Assembly (NCBI GenBank): GCA_951406725.2
Contig: OX597823.1
Span: 109,306,001 to 109,370,000 of the forward strand
Source: Octopus vulgaris
Taxonomy: Eukaryota
Length of the DNA stretch: 64,000 nt
Reading direction: 5' to 3'
The notes beneath the pieces were generated by a model that did no database searches, was not told the DNA's origin, and was given only the letters and a program-made list of their open reading frames with translations. The translations under genes were made by a program, and so were the position numbers. This document shows, piece after piece, positions 51,900 to 64,000 of the stretch; the first letter of the stretch is position 1, and the number at the start of each line of letters is the position of its first letter.

Positions 51900-52660
51900 T
51901 TTCATGTGGTTATTCTTTCTATACTTCTAGCAAAGACGTTTTCTATCCTCCACAATTACATTCAGTTGTGATCCTCTTCGTATCTCTGTTATTTCGGAGA
52001 TTTTGTTTCGCGGTTCAGGTTTCACCTGAATTACATCCCCCAAAAGATTCAAACCCAAATTTCTTTTCGAAATCATTCTATTTGTAGCAGCGAGCTAGGG
52101 TCTTCCAAAAGCAAATATTTCTCTATAACAGGGAATCTAATTTTGATGGTATTGTTGAGAATTTGACTCAGTGGAGTGCTTCTTGGCTATGTTTTCTGTG
52201 CAGAAAACTACATCGGTTGTATCCGAATTTATGGGAATGTCCAAGAAAATTCATGTCTAACCAAAGATTTTTAAAACAAAGTTCAGGTTAGTCATTTTGT
52301 GGATAAGCATCTCTACAAAATAGTTTTCCTTTCTGTTTGGTTTAAATAGTGTTGTGATATATTGAGCATAACATTTATCTGTTCAAATCTGCTGATGTAT
52401 TTTTCGTTCTTCTAAATGGACATGTTTTTTGTCGAATAAGACCAAGTCGAAAACGCTGGCAATCTTGGCAAGATAAATATTTCCATCTGTGTTTTTACTG
52501 CTGCCCTCTGTAATTGTAACATCTAATGACTTTGCCCCTTCTGTCGTTGTTCCTTTTCCAAACATTATTGCTACTGTTGATGTTGTTACTTTTGATAATG
52601 CTATCGTTGCTGCTTTTCTCATTTGCCTTTGTAGCCTTCACCTAAGTTTTTGAACTTTAA
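51900..52660 (-). mobile_element. Decayed RLE-LINE fragment (RT N-terminal region)
   Basis: Minus-strand FWKTLARCYK and YLAKIASV; many stops. Confidence 0.45.
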
Positions 52661-52768
52661 AACAACTTTGGCAATGAAAACTCCACACCCACTTCCATAA
52701 GAATAGTGACGACGTTGCTATTATTGCTGTTGTTGCTTCGATGTTGTCGAAGTTATTGTTATTCATAA

Positions 52769-52990
52769 GGCGGCGAGCTGGCTGAACCGTTAGCACGCCG
52801 GACGAAATGCATTATATTCTGCCGTTACGTTCTGAGTTCAAATTCCGCTGAGGTCGACTTTGCCTTTCATCCTTTCGGGGTCGATAAATTAAGTACCAGT
52901 TATGTACTGGGGTCGATAAAATCAACATAAACCGTTTGTCAGTCCTTGTTTGTCCTCTCTGTGTGTAGCCCCTTGTGGGTAATAAAGAAA
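52769..52990 (+). mobile_element. SINE family A monomer with 16-bp TSD
   Basis: TSD agttattgttattcat at 52751-52766 and 52992-53007. Confidence 0.92.
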
Positions 52991-53399
52991 CAGTTATTGT
53001 TATTCATCGTAGTAACAATAGTGAAAATATTTGGAATTGAAGATCGTGTTGCATCTAACTTAGATCGTTCTTCTTATTTCTCTCTTCAGATTGCTAGCTG
53101 CTAAAACCGATGCCATGCTTTGTTTCCAAAACAAAAAAGTAATCAATTTTCACAAAAATTTGAATTTCAGAGAACGAGACACAAAGAAACCGACAACTCT
53201 TATGCAATTAACGTCTTTCGTATACATAAACAGACACGTGCACATATATGCGCCTGTGTGTATATGTGTGTGTGTACGTGGGTGTGAATATGTGTGTGCA
53301 TGAAGTTTTGAGTGTGTGAATATGGTAGGATCCAATAATAAGCTGAGAAAGCATTACCTCAACATTCAACCCTCTGTAAAATATAGGAAAAAAATGGTA

Positions 53400-53705
53400 T
53401 TCTGTCGCTTACGACGGCGAGGGTTCCGTTGATCCCATTAACGGAACATCCTGCTCATGAAATTAACGTGCAAGTGGCTGAGCACTCCACTGTCAGGTGT
53501 ACTCTTGACGTAGTTCTCAGAGAGATTCAGCGTGACACAGAATGTGACATGGCAGACACTTTGAATTAGAAGTACTACTCATTTTTGCCAGCTGAGTGGA
53601 CTGGATCAACGTGAAATAAAGTGTATTGCTTAAGGACACAACGCGCTGCTGTGAATCGATCTCACGTTCTTACAACCATGACCCGAAAGCCCTAACCACT
53701 AAGCC
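53400..53705 (-). mobile_element. Older SINE with family C tail type 1 and a different central region
   Basis: aaattaacgtgcaagtggctgagcactccac shared with 4760-5119; tRNA-like head remnant near 53640-53705. Confidence 0.7.
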
Positions 53706-53759
53706 TATTCCCTTTGACTCACGTTAATCGGATACGATGTGGAAGTAGACAAATGTCAA

Positions 53760-54153
53760 TATTTCTTTTCTACTCTAGGCACAAGGCATGAGATTTTGGG
53801 GGAGGGAGCCAGTTGATTAGATCGGCCCCAGTACGCAACTGGTAGTTAATTTATCGACCTCGAAAGGAAGAAAAGCAAAGTTGACCTCAGCAGAATTTGA
53901 ACTCAGAACGTAACGGCAGACGAAATACCTATTTCTTTACTACCCACAAGGGGCTAAACACAGAGGGGACAAACAAGGATACACAAACGGATTAAGCCGA
54001 TTATATCGACCCCATTGCGTAACTGGTACTTAATTTATCGACCCCGAAAGGATGAAAGGCAAAGTCGACCTCGGCGGAATTTGAACTCAGAACGTAACGG
54101 CAGACGAAATACAGCTATGCATTTTGCCCGGCGTGCTAACGTTTCTGCCAGCT
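53760..54153 (-). mobile_element. SINE family A dimer (distal unit has the older tail)
   Basis: Junction gaaatacc|tatttcttt near 53927. Confidence 0.88.
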
Positions 54154-54387
54154 GGTTGATATTTCTGAGTCGAGACTTTATTAGTGGTAATGGAAAAAAA
54201 ATGTATCCACTGCAAATGTAATCTTTTTTACAAACGTGCACCTGTAATTTTACAAACAGTTTAGTCACCAGTTGCTGTTTAGTCGTTTATGCTTATTTAC
54301 AACCTAATAAGATTAATCCTGCTGATCTGTTCGTTGGCATACTAGTAGATTTCAGCCATCAAACAATAAGAACGTTAACAACAAAAC

Positions 54388-54455
<68 letters not shown>

Positions 54456-54493
54456 GATGCTGCTGCTGCTGCTGCTGTGGCTGCTACCGCTGC

Positions 54494-54847
54494 TGTTGAG
54501 CGAAGCGGTCTTCGTCCCAGAGTGGGAGAAATCCGAAGCGTAGTCCTTTGTTATTCGTAAGACCCGCAGAAGAGAAGTCAGGTCAACCCCCGACACCGAG
54601 AGCATCGACGGATGGATGAATGCGCAGCCACGCTCAGCGGTTGCGTAGGAAGTCGGGGATAAGAAACTGGAAGAAAGAGTGAGAGAAAGTTGAAGCGAAG
54701 GAGTACAACAGGGATCGCCACCACTCCCTACCGAAGCATCATGGTGTTTTCGCTGAATAAACACACACAACGCCCAGTCTGGGAATCGAAACCCCGATCC
54801 TCCGACCGCGAGTCCGCTGCCATAACAATTGGGCCATTGCGTCTCCA
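54494..54847 (-). mobile_element. SINE family C, tail type 2
   Basis: Head as in 19690; 3' half matches 60420-60585. Confidence 0.85.
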
Positions 54848-55491
54848 CTTGCTGCTGCTGCTTCTAGTTGCAGTTGCTAAATATACAGATCGTATGGAAA
54901 CTATAAATGTCTAGCAATAATTCAAATAATAATAATGAACTTCGATGTTTTTTATTATAAGACATTGATATTGTAGAAAGTTGCTTAAGGGTAGATTGCA
55001 TACAAGGATACTTTCATAGCATATACCGCACTTAGAATTCATATGAATATCAGTCAAGGTTTGAAATGAAGGTTACACATCACATTCACCACAATAGTAC
55101 TCTGATCAATTAAAATATTCATTAATCAACAGTGTTTCATTTAAATCACTTATCAATGGTTCGACATGATATTTGCCCAACATAAACTTTTCAACCCTCG
55201 TATGAAAAACTACATTCGTTTTTCCCGCAACTTCTCATTATCTTCAGACATTGTCCTTTATAAGAATCACTGCTAAACTTTACAATTCGTTTTTATAGTT
55301 ATCCAACCCTTCAGTAATAGAAATTCGAAATACAAGGAAATGTATCTTCTTGTGGAACTGACCAAAATACATAAAGAACTATTTCCCAGCACTGTTGAAT
55401 ACATTGTGAATATGTAAGACAAACAGATGTTTCCCAGGCGTCATCATCATCATCAGCTGCTATCATATTTACATATCAAGTATACGTAGAT

Positions 55492-55584
<93 letters not shown>

Positions 55585-55596
55585 GTAATAATAGTA

Positions 55597-55673
<77 letters not shown>
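55492..55673. repeat. (CTA)n(ATA)n microsatellite
   Basis: Direct inspection. Confidence 0.97.
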
Positions 55674-55675
<2 letters not shown>

Positions 55676-57760
55676 ACAGGCATACACATATACACCCAGT
55701 GACAAACATTTATATTTTAGCTGGGTATCAAGTATTACGGTTATGAATCCAACCTACTATCTGCTACCTCTATCCTACATCTGCTCTCATCTGCTGCCAT
55801 CGCATTACACATTCCTTACACACGGCAGCGATCTCCTCAGTCTTTTGCTATGAATTACCATCTTCACATGTTTTTAACATATTGGTGTAATTTCACTTTG
55901 TTTAACACAACCCATCTCCCGTAAAATGTTATTCACAGACTTCCCAGTATCTCAGTATCCTATACAATCATAATAAGCAAGATAAAAAGAAAAATATACA
56001 TTTAAATGCAAACATCTATCATTTTGATACTGTTAAAATAGAAAAAGTAATAAAAAAACAAGAAAGAAGAAAAAAAAGCATCGCATCTAAATATATCGAC
56101 CTAGATTTAAACTAAAATAATAAAAACTCGCAAAAAAGTTTTGTTGTAACCGAGCCTTTCAGTGTCAATTTATTGTATTACCGTTTTGCTTTCTTTCCCA
56201 GAGAAATATGATTTATCAACGATAGTGCGCCTTGAAGTTTAATATTATCACTGCTGTTAATATTATTATTCGTGGTGGTGGTATGTTGATGATGGTGGCT
56301 TTTTTTCTGTAATTTACTTTAATATTTATCTATGATTTAATAAAAAAATAAATAAATGAAATAAAATAAAAAAGAGGAAAAGGAAAAGACAAGTTTCACT
56401 TACATTTATTTGCTGTTTGAAATTTGAAATTGTAGAGTATCGTGGTTGGAGCAGCTGTGTTTTAGAAAATAAAAAACCGACTAAATAAATTATAAATAAA
56501 AAAAGAAAGGAAGTGTTGAAAAGATGGATTGGTAGGATGTAGAATAAGATATTTTATTAATGAAAACAAAAACTACAAACCGAGAAAAATAAATGAATAA
56601 TATAAATTTTAACATGGTGGGAATGAAAAAGATAGGAAGAGAAAAAATTGTACTGAAATTACGAAGAGGTAAACTATACTTTATTAGGCCACCCATCACT
56701 TCGTATGTTAAACATATCCTTTTACTGTACTTTTATTTTGATTCATACTATGTACTTCGGGGAGCAGAGACAGAGAGTAAGTAAAATATCGTCCTATATG
56801 TCAAAATAGTAATACTGTTTCAATACTGAGTCATAGATACTTTATTTCACATAGTGAGTTATTTGATAACTGATTGAGTGGAATAAGTGATGGGCATTTT
56901 GCACATGATACTTGAATTCTGAATTCACTAATGTTATTATGTTGCGTATCTAGGGAGACATTGTGTCTAGAGATAAATATTTATTCTACATGGGCTTAGG
57001 TCACTAAAAAGGAATTGATAGCAAAAATTTACCAAGAATCTCTTTTTATCTCAGGACTGATGTTGTCATATCCAGGAGAGTCATCACATCCACTTCATGT
57101 AATAAAACTCTAACTAAAACATGGCGCTCAAACTGTATCTCAAGTGTTTGGCGGCATATAACGCTCATACACTTAATAGTCAGTTAAAGAATGAACATCA
57201 CAACATATCATTTCCAAATCTCTCATTAAAATATCGAGACAGTGTAGACAAAAAATAAACTAATAGATATTGTCGTCTTTGAGGAAGGTAAAAATAATAC
57301 AGTTAAAAATATGCTTAACTAAACAGCATAAGGTATGATGTATCTTACGGATTGAATCTCGAAATAACATGATATATGTTATCTCAAAATCCATCTAGGA
57401 TTTTTCAAATATCCATACCAAATTTTCTTACGATGGTAAAGATCAAGATTAAAGGTGGGGTTCAACAAGATTCTCGAAATCCCTCACTCTAATTATTATC
57501 ACAAATGTAATAGGGGCAATTATATTAACTATAAGACTATAATTATTGGCAACATATCTCTCTCATTATCTCAAAGTTGAATATGACAGTGTATTATGTT
57601 TTACAGGGAATGGTGCAGTTCCGGAATGAGTAGCTCGCGGGACAAGGACTCTGTACGATCGAAATTCTTTCTTTTTATTCTGAGTTCAAATCCTTTTGGG
57701 GCCAACGTTATTTGTCACAAAATGTGTAACATTATCGTTGCACGAAAATCAAAGGGGTTT

Positions 57761-57818
<58 letters not shown>

Positions 57819-57952
57819 TGTGTGTATCTGTGAGTGAATATATGTATGAATGTACATACACACACATACACACACACACACACACACACATATACATATA
57901 TATGTATATATGCCCACACATTTACATATATGTGCATATATCTAAGAAATAA

Positions 57953-57991
<39 letters not shown>

Positions 57992-57999
57992 CATATATA

Positions 58000-58061
<62 letters not shown>

Positions 58062-59171
58062 ATACACCGCTCAGAAGAGAGAGAGAATGCAAGAGACAGA
58101 GAGGTGGTGATATGTTGTGTTCTATTGATGCCACTAATGCTGTTATTATGCGCATCACTGACCTTAATGAAGTGAAAAAAAACTCAACATCCGGGAATCG
58201 AACACATTCCTATATTTTGTAAAGATACCAAGCTAGTTTTAAAAGGAAAAAGCCGCCGTTTAGATTTCAATGATCAGTGTGCGGAATTTTACGCTTAGAA
58301 GCGGGTACATATCTGAGTAAAGTATCCAGAAAAATATAAAATATAGCTATTAAATGTAAAAGCAATAACAGCAACGATAATAACAACAATAACAATAATA
58401 ATGATAACAACAATAATAAAACAAAATCAGGAGAATAAAACTCTGAATTCTAAATAATCAAAATCTGAAAACCTCTTGTTGAAATCAAGGGAAGGACAAA
58501 ATATCACAAAAGCAAGAAAAAATGGATTGAAATTATATTTATTAGAAAAAAGAAAATCAACATATGAAAAAATAAAAACAATAAAAAACGTTGATTTAAA
58601 ATGAATTAAGGAAAAATAAAATAGTAAAAACAAACAAACATTATATATACAAAGCGGGAGAGAGAGAGAGAGAGAGTGAGAGGAAATGAGAAAAAATAAC
58701 AATATATAAACACAAATTTTTATTTTTTTAAGTAGTTTCGCTTCGAAATCACTGATAGAAGTTGATATGAGTAAAAACAGTTTTTTTTTTTCCATTGAAT
58801 GATTGTGAAAAATATAGAAGAAACAAACCCAACATAGAAAAACAGATAAAAACTTCACAAATACAAAAGAACACACTTGAACACAGAGATACACACAAAC
58901 ATATATATATATACATACAGTTATATACATATATATGTAAATACAAACATATAATGTGTGTGCGTGTGTGTATTGGATGTGTATGTGTGTATACAATGAA
59001 TGAAAGGATATAAGACTAGAAAGAACAACAACAAAAAAACGAAAAATAATTTAATCAAAATTAAATAAAACGGACAAACGTAGAGTGAAAGAAAATGTAT
59101 CTCATAAACATTTCAATGAAATAAATTAAATGAGAGTGTGTATATATGTGTACATGTGTGCACATATACAT

Positions 59172-59268
<97 letters not shown>

Positions 59269-59549
59269 TATATATATATATATGTGTGTGTATATATATA
59301 GAGAAATACATACATGTTATGCATAGAAACTTACACACACGTACACACACGCACGTGCGCACACATATAATGGAATAAATGGATGGGTGGAACGAGAAAT
59401 CTGGGGGAGAATAAAAGCATTTAAGTAGAAAAAATATTTAATCAAATCAAATGAAGCTGTTTGAAGGGATAATTCTGTCCGTTTTAAAAATTTACATTTA
59501 TGCGTATATTTCCATAAAATCTCATTATTGTTGCTTTATTGGTTAGTAG

Positions 59550-59694
59550 CCATCGTCAGCAGCATTATCATCAGCAATACCATCATTATCACGATCATTA
59601 TCATTCCATCACAACTATCATCATTATCCTCCTCTTCATCATCATCATCATCATTATCTTCATCCTTCATCAGCATCATAATCAGCAACATCAT

Positions 59695-59726
<32 letters not shown>

Positions 59727-60210
59727 TCACTATCACCATCCTCCTCCTCCTCCTCCTCGTCATCATCGCCATCGTCATCATCATCATCATCCTCGTCATC
59801 GTCGTCATCATCATCGTCATCGTCGTCGTCATCGTCATCATCGTCATCATCATCATCATCATCATCATCATCGTCATCATCATCATTATCATTATAAACA
59901 CCCTAATTAGTATCATCGTCAGCAACGGCAGTAGCAATAAACCACATTATCATCATCCTTTTATTTACAGACATCATCATTATCACCATCATAATCATCT
60001 TCGACAACAAAAGCACCAGCATTATTGTGTTCTTCATCAGCATAATCATCATGATCGCGTCAATGGTAGCGTCAATGGTAATGACGACGATGTTGATGGT
60101 GGTTCTGCTGTTGATGATCATTATTTGCGTAATCATCCAAGTTGTCATCATCGTCATTCTCATCCTGATCATCATAATTAAAATCACTATCGTCATCATC
60201 GTCATCGTTA
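59550..60210. repeat. Long imperfect (ATC)n-rich low-complexity tract
   Basis: Direct inspection. Confidence 0.9.
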
Positions 60211-60261
60211 CATAGCAATCGTTATTTTCATTTAAAAAAAAACTCATCATATGTAGCATCA

Positions 60262-60600
60262 TGGGGCAGAGGACTCGTGGTCGGAGGATTGCGGTTTCAA
60301 TTCCCAGACCGGACGTTGTGTGTGTTTATTGACCGAAAACACCTAAAGCTCCATGAGGCTCCGGCATTATCATTGTACCCTTTCGCTCCAACTTTCTCTC
60401 ACTCTTTCTTCCTGTTTCTTGTCCCCGACTTCCTACGCAACCGCTGAGCCTCGATGCGCATTCATCCATCCGTCGATGCTCTCGGTTTCGGGGGTTGACC
60501 TGCTTTCTCTTCTGCGGGTCTTACAAATAGCAAAAGACCACGCTTCGGACTTCTCCCACTACGGACGAAGACCGCTTCGCTCAACAAACAAACAAACAAG
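60262..60600 (+). mobile_element. SINE family C, tail type 2, with (CAAA)n tail
   Basis: ggtttcaattcccagaccgg...gcgggtcttacaaatagc...gaagaccgcttcgctcaacaaacaaacaa. Confidence 0.85.
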
Positions 60601-61270
60601 CAGCATCGCCATCATCATCGTCATCATCATCATCATCATCATCATCGTAATCGTCAACGTGGCAGTCGTTCATCGTCGTTGCTGTCATCATTCTCGCATT
60701 TATGATCAACATGATTTTTATCACAGTGATTCTCATCCTCTTCATCGCTGACATCGACATCATCTTCATCACCTCAGTCCCTGTCATCCTCTTCGTCACT
60801 ACCACCACCGCCGCCGCCGCCGCCGACGCCACCATCATCATCATTCTACCCCTCACCTTCCCCTCCCCCTCCTCCTCCTCATGATAATGATGATCATCAT
60901 CATTATCATTATTCATATGGCCGTGATTTTCATTACCAACATTATCATCGTCAACACATCCACCATCCGGTCAACATACACTTAACCATGTGTACCAGCA
61001 TCACCCCTCACACCGTAGTACATGTACATTCTCATCATCTTTTTTTCTCAGTTGTCTGCTATCTTCCGAGTTGCATTATCAAAATATTGTTCCTTCTTCC
61101 GAACATCGTCTTCATCACCATTATCAACAGGTTCACCATTTCCGTATGACACTCACGATGTCCATCTACATCAGAAGTGTCATCGACTAATACATTGATG
61201 CTAACAACATTCACAATTAAGTCTACATCTAATCCCATCGCACTAATTTCCATTTTAACCATGAACTATG

Positions 61271-61815
61271 GGTACAGACGTGGCTAGATGGTTGAGTAGC
61301 TTGCTTCCCGATCTTGTGCTTTTGGGTTCAGGCCCACTGCTTGATACCTTGGTTATGTGTCCTCTACAATAGCTCCGGGACAACCAAGACATTGTGAGTA
61401 GACTTTATTGACAGAAACTTTATTGACGAGCTGGCAGAACCGTTAGCACGCCGGGCGAAATGCTTAGCGGTATTTCCTCTGCCGTTACGTTCTGAGTTCA
61501 AATTCCGCCGAGGTCGACTTTGCTTTCATCCTTTCGGGGTCGATAAATTAAGTACCAGTAACGCAATGGGGTCGATGTAATCGACTTAATCCATTTGTCT
61601 GTCCTTGTTTGTCTCCTCTGTGTTTAGTCCCTTGTGGGTAGTAAAGAAATAAGAAACTGAAAGGAGTTCGTAGATAGATAGATATGTACGTGTGTATATA
61701 TCTAGGTGTAATTGTGTTGTGCTTGTTTTCCACCACCGTTTAACATGTGGTGTTGGTTTATTTAGGTCTTTTAACTTAGCGGATCTGCATAAAGAACAAT
61801 AGATTAAGCACCAAA
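61271..61815 (+). mobile_element. Old SINE family B copy with a nested family A SINE (61427-61651)
   Basis: Family B head at 61271-61420 and its continuation at 61652-61815 flank a near-consensus family A copy. Confidence 0.8.
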
Positions 61816-61865
61816 CACAACATTAAGTTACTCTGGTCCTTGTGTAAAATGGACCAATATTAACA

Positions 61866-62147
61866 ACGCCAATATTAACAACACGCGCACCGATTCAATT
61901 CCACTCCCTTACTATTAATGAATTCGTTAATGTCTACCCAACTAAGCAATCGAACGCTTGTTTAACTTGTTGGGTATAAAGTCAAAAGTTTTAATTTTTC
62001 TATTTTTAAATAAAAAGAGAAAGCAATTAACTGTTTAACTAACAAGTTAAACAAGCAATCGATTACTTAGATGCATAGATATTTAACCAATTGCTTTATA
62101 ATAAAGCAGTGGAATTGAAACGGTGCGTGTGTTATTGATATTAGCGT
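61866..62147. mobile_element. Foldback/MITE-like palindromic element
   Basis: acgccaatattaacaacacgcgcaccgattcaattccact vs agtggaattgaaacggtgcgtgtgttattgatattagcgt; inner gcttgtttaacttgtt vs aacaagttaaacaagc. Confidence 0.75.
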
Positions 62148-62149
62148 AA

Positions 62150-63020
62150 TAACTGTCCCAAAACACAACAAAAAGCAAGATAAAGTTTATAAGAAAACAA
62201 GATTTATCCTAGAACGACCACAAAATACTGCCTATCAAATCCCTGGACCTCAAGCACAAATTAAAAGTAAATATAAGAGAGTATGTGGAAATTTGGCGTG
62301 AAAGTAATTAAAGATTTTTGAAAAATACATCTGATATGTAAAAAAGACATTGCCTCCTAAAGATAAAACTTTTTGATGAAATAGCAACAATAAAAACGCA
62401 AGGAAGGATATTGCAGACTTTATGGAAGCACAACGGATCTCAAAATATTAGGAATATCGAAATCCAACACAAAGAAGGTATAAAAGAAATATGCATATAA
62501 AGACAGATAATAAGATAAAGTCAATCCCGCAAATTTTTATGAAATTAATGAGGAAATTACTATCCTGACCAAAGAATGATGATTAAGTATAAAAGTGCAC
62601 CTAATCAAAAAATGCCAGAAACAAGGGATCTTTCAGTAAATCGTAAGGAATGTGTAGGTGTAAAATGCGATATTATTTATTTGAAATAAGGAAACGGTTC
62701 GTCTCCAATCCAAAATCATTTTATCAAATAAAAATAAAATAGATATCGATACATATCAACAATATGAGAAGTAAACTAAATCTGGAAATCAGTAAGAAGA
62801 TCGAAGGAATGTCCCTGGAGGTGATTGCTCGATAAAATGTCCATAACATCTGAAGAATCATTGAAGAGCACAGCAACATGTCAAGTTGCTCAAACCTTAT
62901 AAAAAGCAAAGAACTGGTAAAAATATTTAGCAGAAGATGTAGGACATTAGCAAAGATGTTCGATAAGAAAATAACTTGCTGGCGGCCAAAATATATATCC
63001 TCACGAATAAGGCAACAGCT
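62150..63020 (+). mobile_element. Highly decayed RLE-LINE RT region
   Basis: A-rich, coding-like sequence with a KS/TPGP-type remnant (aaatccctggacctc). Confidence 0.4.
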
Positions 63021-63038
63021 AACGTCAAATATATACCC

Positions 63039-63454
63039 ATTTCTTTACTACCCACAAGGGGCTAAACACAGGGAGGACAAACAAGGACAGTCACACGGAT
63101 TGAGTCGATTACATCGACCCAAATGCGTAATTGGTACTTAATATATCGACCCCGAAAGGATGAAAGGCAAAGTCGATCTCGGCGGAATTTGAACTCAGAA
63201 CGTAACTACAGACGAAATACCTGTTTCTTTACTACCCACAAGGGGCTAAGACAGAGAAGACAAACAAGGACAGATAAACGGATGATTAAATTGATTATAT
63301 CGACCCCAATGCGTAACTAGTACTTAATTTATCGACCCCGAAAGGATGAAAGGCAAAGTCGACCTCGGCGGAGTTTGAACTCAGAACATAACGGCAGACG
63401 AAATACCGCTAAGCATTTCGCCCGGCGTGCTAACGTTTCTGCCAGCTCGCCGCC
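63039..63454 (-). mobile_element. SINE family A dimer with 16-bp TSD
   Basis: TSD acgtcaaatatatacc at 63022-63037 and 63460-63475 encloses both units. Confidence 0.92.
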
Positions 63455-64000
63455 TTTATACGTCAAATATATACCAAGAACTAAAATATTGCAGCTATCT
63501 AAATCTTGAAATAGAGATAACCAGCATGTTAAAAAAATATGCATGCAAATATATATTCTAAAAACAAACATGGTTTACAAAACTTACACAATATAGAGAT
63601 AGCAGCATTATAAGAAATATACATATGCAAAACGAAAATACTTTGGTGTGCATATTCTGCAATTACTTTTCAGGTGAAAGCACGTATCAAAATAAGTTTG
63701 ATAAAAAATACAATCTTTCTATTAGTATTAATTCGGTCTGAGTTCAAATTCCTGCTAGGTCGATTTGCCTTTTCATCATTTCTGGGTCGATAAAAGAAGT
63801 ACTCGTTGAGCTCTGAGGTTGATTTAATTGTCTTTCCCTGGCCTTGTACTAAAATTTGAAATTATTTTTAGTAAGATCTCAAATTTAGGAAGAAGACCAG
63901 CAGTTTAAAAAGGAAGTTATAAGCCTATACCATCTACCGTATTACTTTAGACACGAGACCATCAGAATTAAGATGGCGGATCAGCAGATAGCAATGACCT

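Noticed and set aside
59528-60262. His/Ile/Met-rich ORFs
   Set aside because: (ATC)n low-complexity tract

Overview
AT-rich, repeat-saturated eukaryotic DNA, probably intronic or intergenic. The SINE repertoire and very high microsatellite load suggest an octopus/coleoid cephalopod genome (inference). I can support no intact protein-coding gene; most listed ORFs are microsatellite or repeat artefacts. The window holds three tRNA-headed SINE families (some with 14-16 bp TSDs), many decayed R4/Dong-like LINE fragments, an L1/Tx1-like RT fragment, at least three families of non-autonomous Helitrons (A|TC...hairpin-CTRR|T), a foldback MITE-like element and many microsatellites. The main result is five different type I hammerhead ribozyme (HHR) motifs in six copies, read by hand-folding: 16340-16398(-), 18737-18787(-), 38292-38331(-)/38743-38782(+), 40052-40156(+) and 49292-49342(-). 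They include U3:A8 and G3:C8 compensatory core variants. Four of the five lie in or beside inverted-repeat elements next to TA-rich microsatellites, and one flanks a Penelope-type GIY-YIG C-terminal fragment. This points to a diverse set of ribozyme-bearing Penelope-like or retrozyme-like elements. A composite Helitron also appears to carry a piggyBac 5' end.
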